Below, in pieces: positions 13,105-28,731 of a DNA stretch of 64,000 nucleotides. The notes beneath the pieces were generated by a model. The model did not search any database. It was not told the origin of the DNA and was given only the letters and a program-made list of their open reading frames with translations. The translations under genes and the position numbers were made by a program. Position 1 is the first letter of the stretch; each line of letters begins with the position of its first letter. The DNA comes from the human T2T-CHM13v2.0 reference genome, Homo sapiens: assembly GCF_009914755.1 (NCBI RefSeq), contig NC_060938.1. One strand, written 5' to 3'.

Positions 13105-13963
13105 TAATTTGCTGAGTATGTGTATTTCTCCATTTTTATTGGTCCATTTCAATTCATTTGCAAAGGGCCAATCAACTGCTACTGTGTTTAATTCCAGAAT
13201 CCTGCTAGTGGAGGTTTATAAACAAGGTATCTGTGAGGAGATGGGGATCTGAAGGGTGCCCTGCAGGGAAGCTTACTCGAGCCCTGGTTGGTACCTTGGT
13301 GACCCCAAGCCCCATGCAAATCATAATGTTGGCTTTTCTGGTGTGGCTACTCCCCACCCTAAGTCACACTGTTACTATCTGGCCAGCCTAAGACCCCCAG
13401 GCAAACAAAGATGACCTCCCGGGGGCCAAGGGTAAAGACTAGACCTCTTTGAGGGGCAAGGTTCAATTCTTTACTGCACAGGTAGGGAGACTTAGGCTGC
13501 AGCCCGGCTCTGAGAAAGGTTCAGCTGGGTGGAGGAGGAGTCTCTGGGCCAAAGCTGCCCTTTGGAGGAGTCCTGGATCTTGCAGAAATGGCCTGCTTAG
13601 TGCCCACCCCCTGCACCCCTGCTCAGCACTGGCTGGGAGTAAGCCTGGGGACTGTGGCTTCAGTGTGAATGTGGGGGTGGGGTGGATGCAGAGCAGTAGC
13701 ATGTGGGGTATCCAGCCAGGCCTGCTCCACAGAGCAGGAGAGCAGAGCTGGGAAGGGACAGTGGGGATGTGATCTGTTAGCCTTCTGGCTGCAGCGCAGT
13801 GCAGACCTCCCTTGCCTGATATGACTGGGTCTCCACCTCTTCCACCCCAGTCTCCTGACTCCTGCAAAAAAAGAAAAGGGGGTGTGCAGGGCTGCCAAAC
13901 ACAGCCATGTCAGGGTGGGCCGGTCCCTGCATTGTGCGCCCACCTGCTGCTGCTGTGTTGTAG

Positions 13964-14128
13964 GGGAAACCGACCAAAGCACGTAGAGTTAGAACAAAAC
14001 AAGAACATGGGCTGTGGAGACAGGCTGGCTTCCATGTGCCAGTCTCTCCTGCAGCTTCTGCTCTGGCTGCTGCTCTCTCAGGATCCCGTGCAGCTTTGCC
14101 TCGGCCTCACACAGGAGAGTTCTCACAC
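13964..14128 (+). other. Candidate exon encoding a signal-peptide-like sequence
   Basis: Acceptor TGTGTTGTAG|G, ATGs at 14007/14034 giving MGCGDRLASMCQSLLQLLLWLLLSQDPVQLCLG..., donor AC|GTAAGG; no downstream exons identified. Confidence 0.3.
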
Positions 14129-14452
14129 GTAAGGTGGGCCTAGGGGCTGCGGCTCAGAGTCTCCTGTATTGGGATCATTACACATGTCCAGAGTGACAGC
14201 TGAGAGGAAAGGGTCCTTGCTTGTGTGCTCAGGAGATGGCTAGGGAGGAGCCACCCCAGGGGAGTTGCCACAGCCAGAATTGCTCTGCTAGGCCCTTCCC
14301 TGAAGAGACTTCAATTCTTTTATAGATTTCTCCTTCTTAAACCCAACAAGCTGTTTGGGCAAGAAACCAGGTGAAAGAAACTGAGATTATAGGGGAAGTG
14401 TGAAGTGTAGACCAATCATGTGGAACAAGGAAGGGGCGTGACTCAAAAACAT

Positions 14453-14455
<3 letters not shown>

Positions 14456-14492
<37 letters not shown>
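14456..14492. repeat. (GT)n microsatellite
   Basis: About 18 GT units. Confidence 0.97.
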
Positions 14493-14496
<4 letters not shown>

Positions 14497-14676
14497 TGCT
14501 GACTGGCAGAGCTGGGCCTGCTCTTTATTTGGGAGCCTGCTTGCTACTTTCACCTGTGTTTTCAGCTTGTCTTAGTGCTTTTCTCTCTCATAGTCCAATC
14601 CCAGCCCAGCAGATGGTTCACTATGCTTTTAATTGAAGAATGAGGAGGAATCTTTGCACACTTAAAAAACATCCAT

Positions 14677-14830
14677 GGCTGGGTACAGGGGCTAATGCCT
14701 GTAGTCCCAGAACTGGGAGGCCATGGCAGGAGGGCACTTGAGCCCAGGAATTCGAGGCTGTAGTGGGCTGCGATCACTGCACTCCAGCCCGGGCGAGAGA
14801 GTGAAACTCTATCTCAAAAAAACAAAACAA
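14677..14830 (+). mobile_element. Free Alu monomer (FAM/FRAM-like)
   Basis: Single monomer ending CACTCCAGCC...CTCAAAAA. Confidence 0.8.
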
Positions 14831-15008
14831 GATACCATCCAATCCTGGGCCAAGCCCCCACCAACACTGATCCTAAAGGAAAGAAAGCATGGCTGCAGCA
14901 GGCACAACAGGACACAGCCCCACCCTTGGAACATCGTGCTCCTGGGGACAAGACACTGGATGCGGAAGCTGGCATCCTAGAACTGACTTTTTCGTTGAGT
15001 ATTATTAC

Positions 15009-15225
15009 TGTGTTTCCTGGATTCTAAAACACTATTGATTGCAAGATGCACCATTATTCTTTTCTTTCAAATCTAGATCTGCAAACGCCATCATTTTAAT
15101 AACTGCTTTTAGGCGGAGGAAAAGAAACACAACCACATCAAACGCATGCATCAACTGAAACACCCATCCTGATTTCGGGACCCTGAAAATAAGAAAAATA
15201 CAGCGCATCTTAAAACTGAAATGGG
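15009..15225. mobile_element. MER104-like TcMar MITE
   Basis: TGTGTTTCCTGGATTCTAAAACAC...GATGCA...CATCCTGATTTC...GCATCTT resembles MER104. Confidence 0.5.
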
Positions 15226-15549
15226 AAAAAAAAAAAGGAGAACTTATAAAAACTAAATACAGAGGAGACTTTTTCTAATTCTGGAAATGAGATGCAAAAC
15301 CAATACCCACATTTTGGAATCATAGTATGAGTAGGCTTTTTACCATGTATCACTGCTATTCCTTTTTTTTTTTTTTTGAGAGGAAGAAGGCGTGAGTTGA
15401 CCTGGTATTACTCACCCAAAAGTGAGGCATTGGGGATATTTATATTCAGCAAGCAGTGCAGGGTTTAAACTGGTGAGTAGATATTTGCATCTTCTAACCA
15501 CAAAAGTAAAATAAGAGAACTAACTGAAATTTCAGTTTTAGAATGATGA

Positions 15550-15780
15550 TAGCTAATACTTGTGGAGCTCCTTTTTCTCCAGGCACTGCTCTAGGTCCTT
15601 TGAATGTATTAACTCATTTAACCCCATGAAAATCCTATGAGAAGGTGCAATGAACAGCTCTAGTCATAGGGATGGGAACAAGGAATCATAGAGATATTAA
15701 GCAGTGTGCTCAGGGTCCCATTGCTAGTGTATAGACTTGCACAAGGATAGTATGGCCCTATAGCCCCTCCTCTTAACTGC
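15550..15780 (-). mobile_element. MIR
   Basis: CCAGGCACTGCTCTAGG...TATTAACTCATTTAA...CCTATGAG...GCTAGT. Confidence 0.7.
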
Positions 15781-15872
15781 ACTATACGGCCTCTACTAAA
15801 GCGTAAGTGAGGGAAATAGACCAAACAAAACTGAGAGTTTGTGGGTGGAGGAAATGCTGAGTTGGGCTAAAG

Positions 15873-16062
15873 GCAGGAGTATGCTGGTAAAGTGGCTCTT
15901 TTCTCCCACCCCAAATGCCCTAGTTCATAACATTTGCCAATTTCCTTGGTGTAAATACTTCCAACAGTGGCCGATTTCAAGACACCAACCTGCTGTTAAA
16001 ATTCTGAGTGTTTAACAATTGCCTCTCTGGAGCCAGTATAAGCTGGCCCTAGCACGCCACTG
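15873..16062 (-). mobile_element. MER63A-like MITE
   Basis: TTTGCCAATTTCC...GTGTAAATAC...GGCCGATTTCAAG...AGCACGCCACTGG. Confidence 0.75.
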
Positions 16063-16365
16063 GCTGAAAGTAATTGTCCAAATTAATATGCAGCGGTTTA
16101 GCCAGGAACGTTTTTTGTGTCATGTTAAATTAAGCCAACTGTGGGTGCGACTCTGCATGTGTGTTCAGGGCTTGGAAATTGTTTCTCCCCTTCTGCTTCT
16201 GTAACCACCCAAGGGGTTCACCTTGCCCGCTGCCTAGACAGAGCCGATTTATCAAGACAGGGGAATTGCAATGGAGAAAGAGTAATTCGCTCAGAGCTGG
16301 CTGTGTGGGAGACCTGAGTTTTATTACTCAAATCAGTCTCCCCAAGCATTCGGGGAGCAGAGTTG

Positions 16366-16678
<313 letters not shown>

Positions 16679-16714
16679 AGAAGCAGAATTTTTAAGAACA
16701 ACTTGGTGGGTTGG

Positions 16715-17020
16715 GGCTGGGCACAGTGGCTCATGGCTGTAATCCCAGCACTTTGGGAGGCTGAGGCAGGCAGATCATGAGCTCAGGAGTCGGAGACCAG
16801 CCTGACCAACATAGTGAAACTCCATCTCTACTAAAAATACAAAAATTAGCTGGGCATGGTGGCGTGCGCCTGTAATCCCAGCTACTCAGGAGGCTGAGGC
16901 AGGAGAATCACTTGAACCTGCGGGGGCAGAGTTTGCAGTTAGCCGAGATCGCCCCACTGCACTCCAGCCTGGGTGACAGAGGGAGACTCCGTCTCAAAAA
17001 AAAAAAAAAAAAAAAAAAAA
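16715..17020 (+). mobile_element. Alu (AluS-like)
   Basis: Full dimer; long TSD AAGAACAACTTGGTGGGTTGG. Confidence 0.96.
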
Positions 17021-17688
17021 GAACAACTTGGTGGGTTGGGGGTGGGGAGCCGGTGAGCTGGGAGTGCAGGTTGGTCAGGGATGAAATCATAGGGGGTTGA
17101 AGCTGTCTGCACCGAGTTAGTTCCTGGGTAGGAGCCACAAGATCACATGATTCAGTTTATCAGTCTGGGTGGTGCCAACTGATCCATCAAGTGCAGAGTC
17201 TACAAAATAGCTCAAACACTAATCTTAGGAGCAGTTTAGTGAGGGTCAGAATCTTGTAGCCTCCAGCAGCATGACTCCTACAACCATAATTTCTAGTCTT
17301 GTGGCTGTTAGTCCTACAAAGGCAATGTAGTCCCTAGGCAAAAAGGAGGTCTGCTTTGGGAAAGGGCTGTTACCGTCATCTTTGTTTTAAACTATAAACT
17401 ACATTTCTCCCAGTTAGTTCAGCCTACGCCCAGGAATGAACAAGGACAGTTTGGAGGTTAGAAGCAAGATGGAGACAGATAAGTTAGATCTTTCTCACTG
17501 TCTCAGTCATAATTTTGGAAAGGCAGTTTCACTTCCCTACCACCAACCACGGGAGTGAGCCCCTTGCTGGACTCTGGGAAGGGTGGCTTCCTTGCTGGCC
17601 TCCCTGAGCGTCACAGAAGAAGCTGAGGACCAGAGTTCCCATTGGAAGGGGGGCAGTTGCCCAACTCAGGTTCAAGAAGGATCCGTTA

Positions 17689-18197
<509 letters not shown>

Positions 18198-18933
18198 CTA
18201 AAGAACTGGAAAAAGGACAACTGTAGAAACAGTCACAAAGTAGGGTCACAAACCCAGATACCTACATAAGCCAGTCAGATAATTTAAGTGGGCAAATTGG
18301 ACAAGGTATGATAAATAAGGAGTGATGGGGACTGTGAAAAACTGTAAATACACACCCTGCCAGAAGACCTCAAAGGTTTGTTTTAAGTTTTTAATTTAAA
18401 ATTTTTTTAACATTGTAGACCAAACAAAACAGATCCGCAACCTGGATGCAGGCCTTGACTTTGTGAGTTGTCACAAAGGCCCTCTTCCAAAGGTTTTGGA
18501 TGACAGTTGCCCCTGCTCCTCATTTGAGGCACTGGGGTACCAGGGATGGGGCAGCCAGCGGGATCCATCCATCCCAGGTGCAGGCTATAAGGGATGCATT
18601 GTCTGTAGCGAATTTTAAAACAAACTAAAATCCAGTCTGCTTTTTATTTTCACCACATGCTGGCAATTCTAAACAGTTACAGTAATAAAAATATTCCTCC
18701 TTGAAAAAAATCTTGTTCCCTAAGTTCTAAATAATTGTTATGGCTGCTGTTGAGTTTTAACAATGGAGGCTTTAAATTAATGCATTTAAATAACATCTAT
18801 TAATGATCATTATATTCTATATAAGACATTAATTTGAAAAATTAATCCTTGACTCAAGTGGATTCACCCACAATTTGTTTCCAGAGTAAGTACCTAATAA
18901 TTTGGAATCTCTGGGTTCTAAACCCTGTGGAAC

Positions 18934-19394
18934 TGAAACTGCCCCAGTAGTCCCATTGATAGTTTTTTGGATACATGTAGAAATTGACCCTTCTGGATTG
19001 AAACTTACATTTGTTCTTCCTGGGTTCTTTCCTCAGGAAATGACCTTCAGGCCTCTCAAAAAAAAAAAAACCTCAAAAACCTCAAAGAACTGAAACTCCC
19101 CAGATCACCACATCCAGACAGTGAGATGCCAGGACCCCTCATTCATCATCACTGCTTCCCTTGCCCCTCCCTAGTTCCTGTTTTCTTACACATTGTTTCA
19201 TTTCTTCCCTGCTATATAAACCCCTGGGTTTTGGTCAGTCAAGGAAATGGATCTGAGACTGAGCTCCCATCTCCCCAGCTGCAGCACCCAATTAAAGTCT
19301 TCCTTGGCAATGCTCACCTATCATCGTCTCAGTGATTGCCTATCTGTGCGTCAAGCAGCAAGACCTAGACCGAACCCCTGGTGTTTTGGTAACA
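18934..19394 (+). mobile_element. Solo LTR (LTR47A-like)
   Basis: TGAAACTGCCCCAG...GGTAACA termini, TATATAAA, ATTAAA; 4-bp TSD GAAC. Confidence 0.8.
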
Positions 19395-20227
19395 GAACCA
19401 TATATTCCTATGCTTAAACAATAGATTGAAAATAAACCATGCTAGGCATAATTGTAACATGAAGAAACAGGATCTTAGTTTCTATTCTGTTCTTCCGCAT
19501 GACCATGGCCAGAGGAACTCAAAAGGCAAGTTTAAATGCTTTGATTGTTTTCAAGAACTGGATGCTTGTTCTAAAGCAACAGATCAAATAATACCAATAT
19601 TTACTGCCACATAGCCATTTTCTGATTCTTCCAGAAGAAAAATTTCAGAAGTTTATCAATGACAATAGAAATGTGTGGTGAATTTTCTGGTGAAGATATT
19701 CTAGTAGAAGTTTTTTGACTGTGGAGATATTTGAAAGTAGTCATAATTGACCCCAAAGAAACATTTACATGGACAGTCTTACAACTTCTGAAATTAATTG
19801 CAAAATGGAATTTTTGAGTCTCTGACAGACCTACTCTTGTTTAAAACTTCCTATTTGTATATCTGCTGACTCATGTAAAAGAGATTTTTTTTCTGAATTA
19901 AAATTAACAATTAACTATGATGGAAGAGACATCAACAAACTGCCAATTGAACATGAGTATGTGAAGATCAATTTTGACAAAATCTTCAATAAATTTGTAG
20001 AGGTTAAGTCTCAGAAACTGCAATATTGTTCATTGCTGTCACAGACAAATATGTATGTATATTCCAGTTTTTAAAAGTACTGGTGTAATGAAAATGTATC
20101 AATCCATTACTTTTTTCTTTTTTTTACATTTTAACATTTATTTACTTATTTTTGCTATCATGGTTATATCTAAAGCTCAATAAAAGGAAAGTTTTTTTTG
20201 CCTGTGTTCCTTTTCTGGCCATTACTC

Positions 20228-20567
20228 CAGCAGTCTTCCCTTCTCTGTGGTTTTGCTTTCTGCAGTTTAGGTTACCTGTAGTCAACTGTGGTCTGAAAAT
20301 ATTAAGTGGAAAATTCCAGAAGTAAACAATTTATAGGTTTTAAATTGTGCACTGTTCTGAGAAGCATGATGAAATCTTGCACTGTTTCACTTTGTCCCTC
20401 CCAGCTGGGATATGAATCATCCCCTCTTCCAGCGTATCCAAACTATACAGTGTGTATGCAAAGGAAAAAACAGTGTATATAGGGTTCAGTACTATCTTCG
20501 GTTTCAGGTATCCACTGGGGGGGGGGGGTCTTAGAACATATCCCCTATGGATAAGGAGGGCCTATTG
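20228..20567 (+). mobile_element. MER44-like (Tigger7-derived) MITE
   Basis: GTCAACTGTGGTCTGAAAATATTAAGTGGAAAATTCCAGAA...GGATAAGGAGGGCCTATTG. Confidence 0.8.
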
Positions 20568-20790
20568 TATTATTTGTTTAATCGCATCATTACTGCTGAA
20601 TGTTGTCACATAGAGGAGGGGATGTTAAAAATGATCTACCCACACTGTCCCTGGTATGTCACTGCTCTAGGGTCTGCCCCAGCCTTTTGTGGTGGACAGA
20701 CAGCCTCTGGGCTGGACTAAGCCAAGCAGCAGGAACTCCTGAGTCTCTCTAGTGCAGGGATCATATGTGGAAAGGGTTATCCCACAACAT

Positions 20791-21108
20791 TCTTTTTTTT
20801 TTTCCTTTCCTTTCCTTTTTTTTTTTTTTTAAATGGAGTCTTGCCTGTCGCCTGGGCTGGAGAGCAGTGGCATGATCTCAGCTCATACAACCTCTGCCTC
20901 CCAGGTTCAAGCGATTCTCCTGCCTCAGCCTCCCAAGTAGCTGGGATTACAGGCACCTGCCACCACACCCAGCTAATTTTTTGTATTTTTAGTAGAGACG
21001 GAGTTTCACCATGTTAGCCAGGCTGGTCTCAAACTCCTGACCTTGTGATTTGCCTGCCTCAGCCTCCCAAAGTGCTGGGATTACAGGCGTGAGCCACCAC
21101 ACCCGGCC
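20791..21108 (-). mobile_element. Alu (AluS-like)
   Basis: Full reverse dimer; TSD CACAACATTCT. Confidence 0.95.
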
Positions 21109-21710
21109 CACAACATTCTATTTAAAACTTTATCCAACATAGAAATAGTTTTGAGACAATCTAATCCTGACCACTCAGTCGCTTGATTTGAGAGTCCATC
21201 TTGGCAGCACAGAATGGGCTCTGGAGCAACCATGGAACTTCTGGTATTTAAACGTTTGATTCCATGGCCAAAGAGTGGTGGGTCTTATTCCCATTCTAGA
21301 GAATAAAAATATTGTGGGGGCCTTTAGCCACCACCCCAGATGGGTGACTTGGGAGCTTATACTGGCACAGTGCTCTAACATTGGGCAGAGTGTTGGAGAT
21401 GACTTTGTTCTCCTGATGGCTCCTGGCCCCTAGACAGACCATTTTACTGCTGGCTCCATCAAAGATAACCCTTGAAGAATGGGAGAGTGCAGGGCAGAGC
21501 TCAGGCAGTGAGGATGACCACTAAACTAGCCCTGGCAGACATGGTAAGGCTGGCCTCTCTTATGGCCAGCCCTAGGTGGGCAGGGATGGTGACTTTCTCT
21601 GAGAAATAACTTAAAAGTGGCCCAGGATAGACACACCCCACCCCAGCAAGGCCTGAAATTCTCATCATTGCAGTCACTCCATTGAGGTATTATCAATACT
21701 ACTATTGCTG

Positions 21711-22819
21711 TGTAAACCAAAATGTGTCTGAGTCTCAATCAATTTAGAAGTTTATTTTGCCGAGAATAAGGACATGCCTCAGGAGGTCCTGACGACATGT
21801 GCCCAAGGTGGTCAGGCTACAGCTTGGTTTTATATATGTTAGGGAGAAATAAGACATCAATTAATATCTAAGATGTACATTGGTCAGGTCTGGAAAGGCA
21901 GGACAGCTCGAAGAGGTGTGGGGAGGAGAACTTTCAGGTCACAGGTGCATTCAAAGATTTTCCCAGGGCAATTGATTAAAAGAGTTTATCTAAAAGTATG
22001 GAATCCATAGAAGGGACTATCTGAGTTAAGATAAGGGGTTATGGAGACCAAGGTTCTTATTATGCAGATGAAGCCTCCAGGTAGCAGGCTTCAGAAAGAG
22101 TAGATAGTAAATGTTTCTTATCAGACTTAAAAGGTGCCAGACTCTTAGTTAATTCTCTCCTGGATCAGGGAAAAGATGTGGAAAGGGAAAGGGATTCTCT
22201 ACTGAATGTAGATTTCCCCCACAAGAGACAGTTTTGCAGGGCCATTTCAAAATATGTGAGTAAAAGAATAGAGTATTTTGATTTCTTCAGGGCCTGTTGT
22301 CATGTGATGCTATATTAGAGTCAGGCTGGAATTTGGTGTCTTATTGCCACAGTCTTAAGATCTCTTTTTTGATGTTAATGCTGGTCAGTTGTGCCTGAAT
22401 TCCACAGGGAGGAGGGTATAATGGGGCATGTACAACTCCTGTTCCCACTGTGGCCTGAACTAATTTTCCAGGTTAACTTTGGAATGCCCTTGGCTGAGAG
22501 GAGGGGTCCATTCAGATGGTTGGGGGCCTTAGAATTTTATTTTTAAGGAGGCTGATGTGGGCAGATCACCTGAGGTCAGGAGTTCAAGACCAGCCTGGCC
22601 AACATGGTGAAACCCTATCTCTACTAAAAACACAAAAATTAGCCGAGCATGGTGGTGGGCGCCTGTAATCCCAGCTACTCAGGAGGCTGAGGCAGGAGAA
22701 TCACTCGAACCCAGGAGGTGGAGGTTGCAGTGAGCCAAGGTCACGCCATTGTACTCCAGCCTGGGAGACAAGAGCGAGATTCCATCTAAAAAAAAAAAGA
22801 ATCTTATTTTTAGTTTACA
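21711..22819 (-). mobile_element. MER4-family ERV1 solo LTR with 5'-truncated Alu (22546-22799, +) inside
   Basis: TGTAAACCAAAA...TCAATCAATTTAGAAGTTTATTTTGCC...GGAGGTCCTGACGACATGTGCCCAAGG...GTTTACA. Confidence 0.85.
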
Positions 22820-24199
22820 GCTACTACCACAGGTTATTCTGCTTCCTAGATACTCATGTAAATGGACAAAAGTGCCACCTGGAGGAACTGCTACATTCAC
22901 CCTCAAAATGACAAGGAAGACCAGCTCCTCGTTAGCCAGCCTGGTCATTCAGGGGCCATGGAGGCCAGGGGTGCACAGCAGGGGTGGGCTAGTGGGGAGT
23001 CTCAGATAAGGGGAGATTTGGGACATTTGGGCAAGATGAAGAGAATACTTGCAGGAGAGGAAAGGTCTGGACTGCCTAGGCTGGGGGCCATGCCTGGGGC
23101 CTAGGGACAGGATAGCACTGTCCTGACTGCCTTGACTGGTTCACTCCAGGCATCTAAAATTGTCATGTGCCAGGGAGATCGGGAAGTGGCATGAAGATAT
23201 TCCAAAGGCAACTGATTTCTTCTTGGAAGTGGTTAAAGTTATTGATTTAAGTCATGACAGGCTCAAGGGCACTAAGAGAGTCTCTCAAAAGGAAATCAAA
23301 CTGTTTCTCCAGGCGACTATTGGTTTTTATTTAGGCAGGGGTCTAATCTATTGTGAAAGCCACTGGGTCTCGCCTCTGGAGCAATCTGGGGAGACCTATA
23401 AAGTTTATTGATTTGACTTACTTAACTTACACTGGCTTATAATAAAACAACTAGACCCATCAATCAGTCCCCCAGACCCCCGCCAAGAGCATGATTACAG
23501 AGTGGATTGATTCTTCCTCTGAGATGGCAGCTTATGGGAAAGCACTGAGAGGGTTGGGGCAGTAGATGCTGCCCCATGCTGGGGCTTGGTCCATCCCGGG
23601 GCTCGGTCCATCCCTTTACATTGCACAGTGACATTCTAAGGCAGCACACCAGGGGAGGCCACTCCTCCACCCAGGCGAGGGACCTAGGACAGGGCCAGGA
23701 GTTCTCTGGGAATAGCCTCCAGTGACCTCTCTGGACAGCAAAGAGCTAGACAGCCCCATCAGGCAGGTGGTGGAGAGCTGCAAGATTTATCTTTGTCAGG
23801 TGAGAAAAAGCAGAATGAGGATATTGACAGAGAGCAAGGAGGAAGGGGTGTATGCAAAGGGCAGACAGCCAAGACAACTGAGCAGGGCCTTCCAGAGGAC
23901 ATACTGCAGGCCTGCCTCTGTGCCAAGTGGAAGGACCTGCAGGGGGAGAGGAGGAGGACTCATTCAAGCCAATTCACTGGTATTTCTCTTGCTTCCAGAA
24001 ATAAGGCATGTCCTTCCCTGGGGTTATCTGCAGTCTTGTTGGAGAGGCAAGATGTTCCCATTTGAATGAGATTATGACGTGAGACCTGAACTAGGCTTCC
24101 CTAATTCAAGAAGAGTAGAGGGGAGTTGGATGAGTAAATCCATCTCCTAAAAGTGTAGCATCCAGTGTCTGATTGGGCACAGAAACACTTAAGTACTAA

Positions 24200-25170
<971 letters not shown>

Positions 25171-26806
25171 TTATTATTATGAGTGCTGGTAGTAATGGCA
25201 TTCAGATTACCACCAGGTTCTCGCGAGCTCTTATTCCTCAGACTATCTGGGGGGAAAAGGGGCAAAAAGAGATTCTCTCTCCATCCTAAGGGAGATCACA
25301 TAGGGAACAATATTCAAGGTATGAGCTTGCTTTCCCCTAAAGGAAATAACTTCCATGAAGTTCTCTCTTTACCTTCTCAGCCCCAGCATGTTCTCCCTGT
25401 CCTCCTCCCTCTTGGAGCCCACGTGAGCCCCCTCCTCAGGAAGACTTCCCCTACAGCTCCGGTCACCACCCTCCTTCCCCCACTGAACCTATCGGCTCTC
25501 CTCGGGTGGGAAGTCAGAGGACCGACTCCTGTCCTGTTGAGTCTCTTTCAGGGCAGGGCTGTGTCTTCCCAATGTGTTTGTCTCTCAAAAGCAAGAACTG
25601 GGCAGAGCACATGCTCCATAGACCTTAGATGAATCGAACCTTATTGAGACTGCAAACTGGTTCTCTGCCAAGACTGAAGCGTTTGTGCTCTCTCTCCCAA
25701 TCCACCCTCCAAGTGTTTTCCCATCAAGATCATTGTCTGCACTGCAGTCAGAGTCATTTTATAATGAACCTATGGAACTGATCCCACAACCTCCTGGAAC
25801 CCAGGCACCCTGTGGGGTCCTGCCCCGACTCTGTGAACCTCCCAGGACGGTGCCAGTGGGTAGGCTGGGCATCAGTGGATGACAAAAGGGAAGCAGCTTC
25901 CACTGCTTCAGGTCCAGACTTTGATCAATTTCCAGCCTCTTCAGGCTGTTCCCAAAGAGGTGGCCACCCTAATGCCAATAAGTCTTAATAAGTTTCCACT
26001 TAAGTGATCAGAGTACCAGTGAAACATGACAGCTGAGACTAATTGGAGTCTGTGTGGGAGGAGGGAGGATGACACCCCTTCTTGATCTTCTTGTGGCTTT
26101 CCTTCAGGGGTGGGGGCCCCCCCAAATCCCTTTTTGTTTCCTTGGTTTTCAACAATTGCCTATCTGGGAAGCAGATTATTGGAATCATTTCTGTACCTCC
26201 CACTGCCCCTGTTTTGATCTGTAACCCACAGGGTTAGGCTTAGGAAGGGAAATTAGCAAGAGATATATCTCAGGATGATTAGAGAGAGGCTCGGCCCATC
26301 AGGAGAGATGACAACAGAATGAGGAATGCCTACATCCAGAATATACCATCTTAAACATCATGCACGGACAGGCATACACAGGCCAAGGACAGCCAGTCAT
26401 ATTAGGAATGATAAGAGTGAGGCACGGCCCTAAGTCCCCATTTAGGGGACTTCATGGAAAGGCATTTTGGCCCAGATGTCATGGAAATTGCTCTAAACAC
26501 AGGGTGATTATCTCCTCAAGCCCATGAGATCCTCTTTGAATTACATGTGTAGCCCTTACCTAGAACCTGAAGGGCAGGAGTTGGAGGCCCAGGAGCCCAG
26601 TGAGGAGGTGAACAAGGGTGTTCCACTGCGCAGCCAGTTAGTTTAGAACCTGCAGGGCAGAGGTAAATTATTTCTGACCTTTATGGGGCCTCCACTTATA
26701 ATGGGGCCTCCCCTAAAGTCACCATTGGAGAACCAGCAGGGATTTAATGAGGAGAGAAAACAGCTTTGAGCCTTGGACTTGAAGTACCCTACAGAATAAA
26801 TAGGTT

Positions 26807-27118
<312 letters not shown>

Positions 27119-27965
27119 AGAATAAATAGGTTGAAGAAACTCAGACCAAAGACAATTCTTTGGGGATTCAACAAAGGCATATCTAATAGTGCTGGCTCCA
27201 CACAGCAACAGTTTCACAAAGGGACACCTAACCTTTTGTGATACTGTGAGATGAAAAATAAGCCACTCTCCAGTGCAATACCGGGGCACCTTGAGTGATA
27301 TTTACAAGCACCTTCAGAGCTGGGAAAAGGAGCAAACGTTCCTCACTTACCCTCCAGCTAGTTACCTTTTGCTTTTTCCTGAGCTGACAAAAGTTTCAGG
27401 GTTAATAAGCACTCAGAATGGAGGCAAATGGAACTTCCAGAAGCAGTATTTCTGCAGGTTGGTTGGGATTAGCCATGGTATCTCAGAGGTCAAGAAATAC
27501 ACGGATCATGTCCATTTCTCAAGGCTCCTTGTATTTTTTTTTTTTAAAGGAGAACTATCAAAAGAGAATTGTAAAAATTGTGATTTTTGGAAACTTTACA
27601 TTTCATAAATTGATACATTTGAACAGCAAAGGCACTGAGTTATTTTGCAAGACAATTATAGAACTTTTGAAAATATTTATTTATAAGGGACCACACGCAG
27701 TTTGATCTGAGGATGAGGACACAAGTTTGAGCTGTTTGAAGAACATCTTTCAATGTTGTTGTTATTGTGGCTCTGAGACTTCTACGTATAACTTCATTTG
27801 GAGATGAGTCAAAATCTTAAATTTGAGGCCTTTACCTGGCCTGGGATAAATGGGATGAATTGCTTCCCTAACCCTTCATTTCTCTCCCACCACGATAGCC
27901 CCCAGTTTAGCAGAAGTAAACAGTTTATACAAATGCAGCATTTGATAAAGATTCAGAAGTCTTAG

Positions 27966-28731
<766 letters not shown>

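Larger units (their letters stand above)
18530..20664 (+). mobile_element. Arthur1-like hAT-Tip100 DNA transposon with both termini and nested elements
   Basis: 5' CACTGGGGTACCAGGG...GGTGCAGGCTATAAGGGATGCATTGTCTGTAG; 3' GTTAAAAATGATC...GGTATGTCACTG; AT-rich interior. Confidence 0.7.

Noticed and set aside
25183-25632. 149-aa plus-strand ORF
   Set aside because: Low-complexity Pro/Leu/Ser composition, no family similarity, no convincing splice context.
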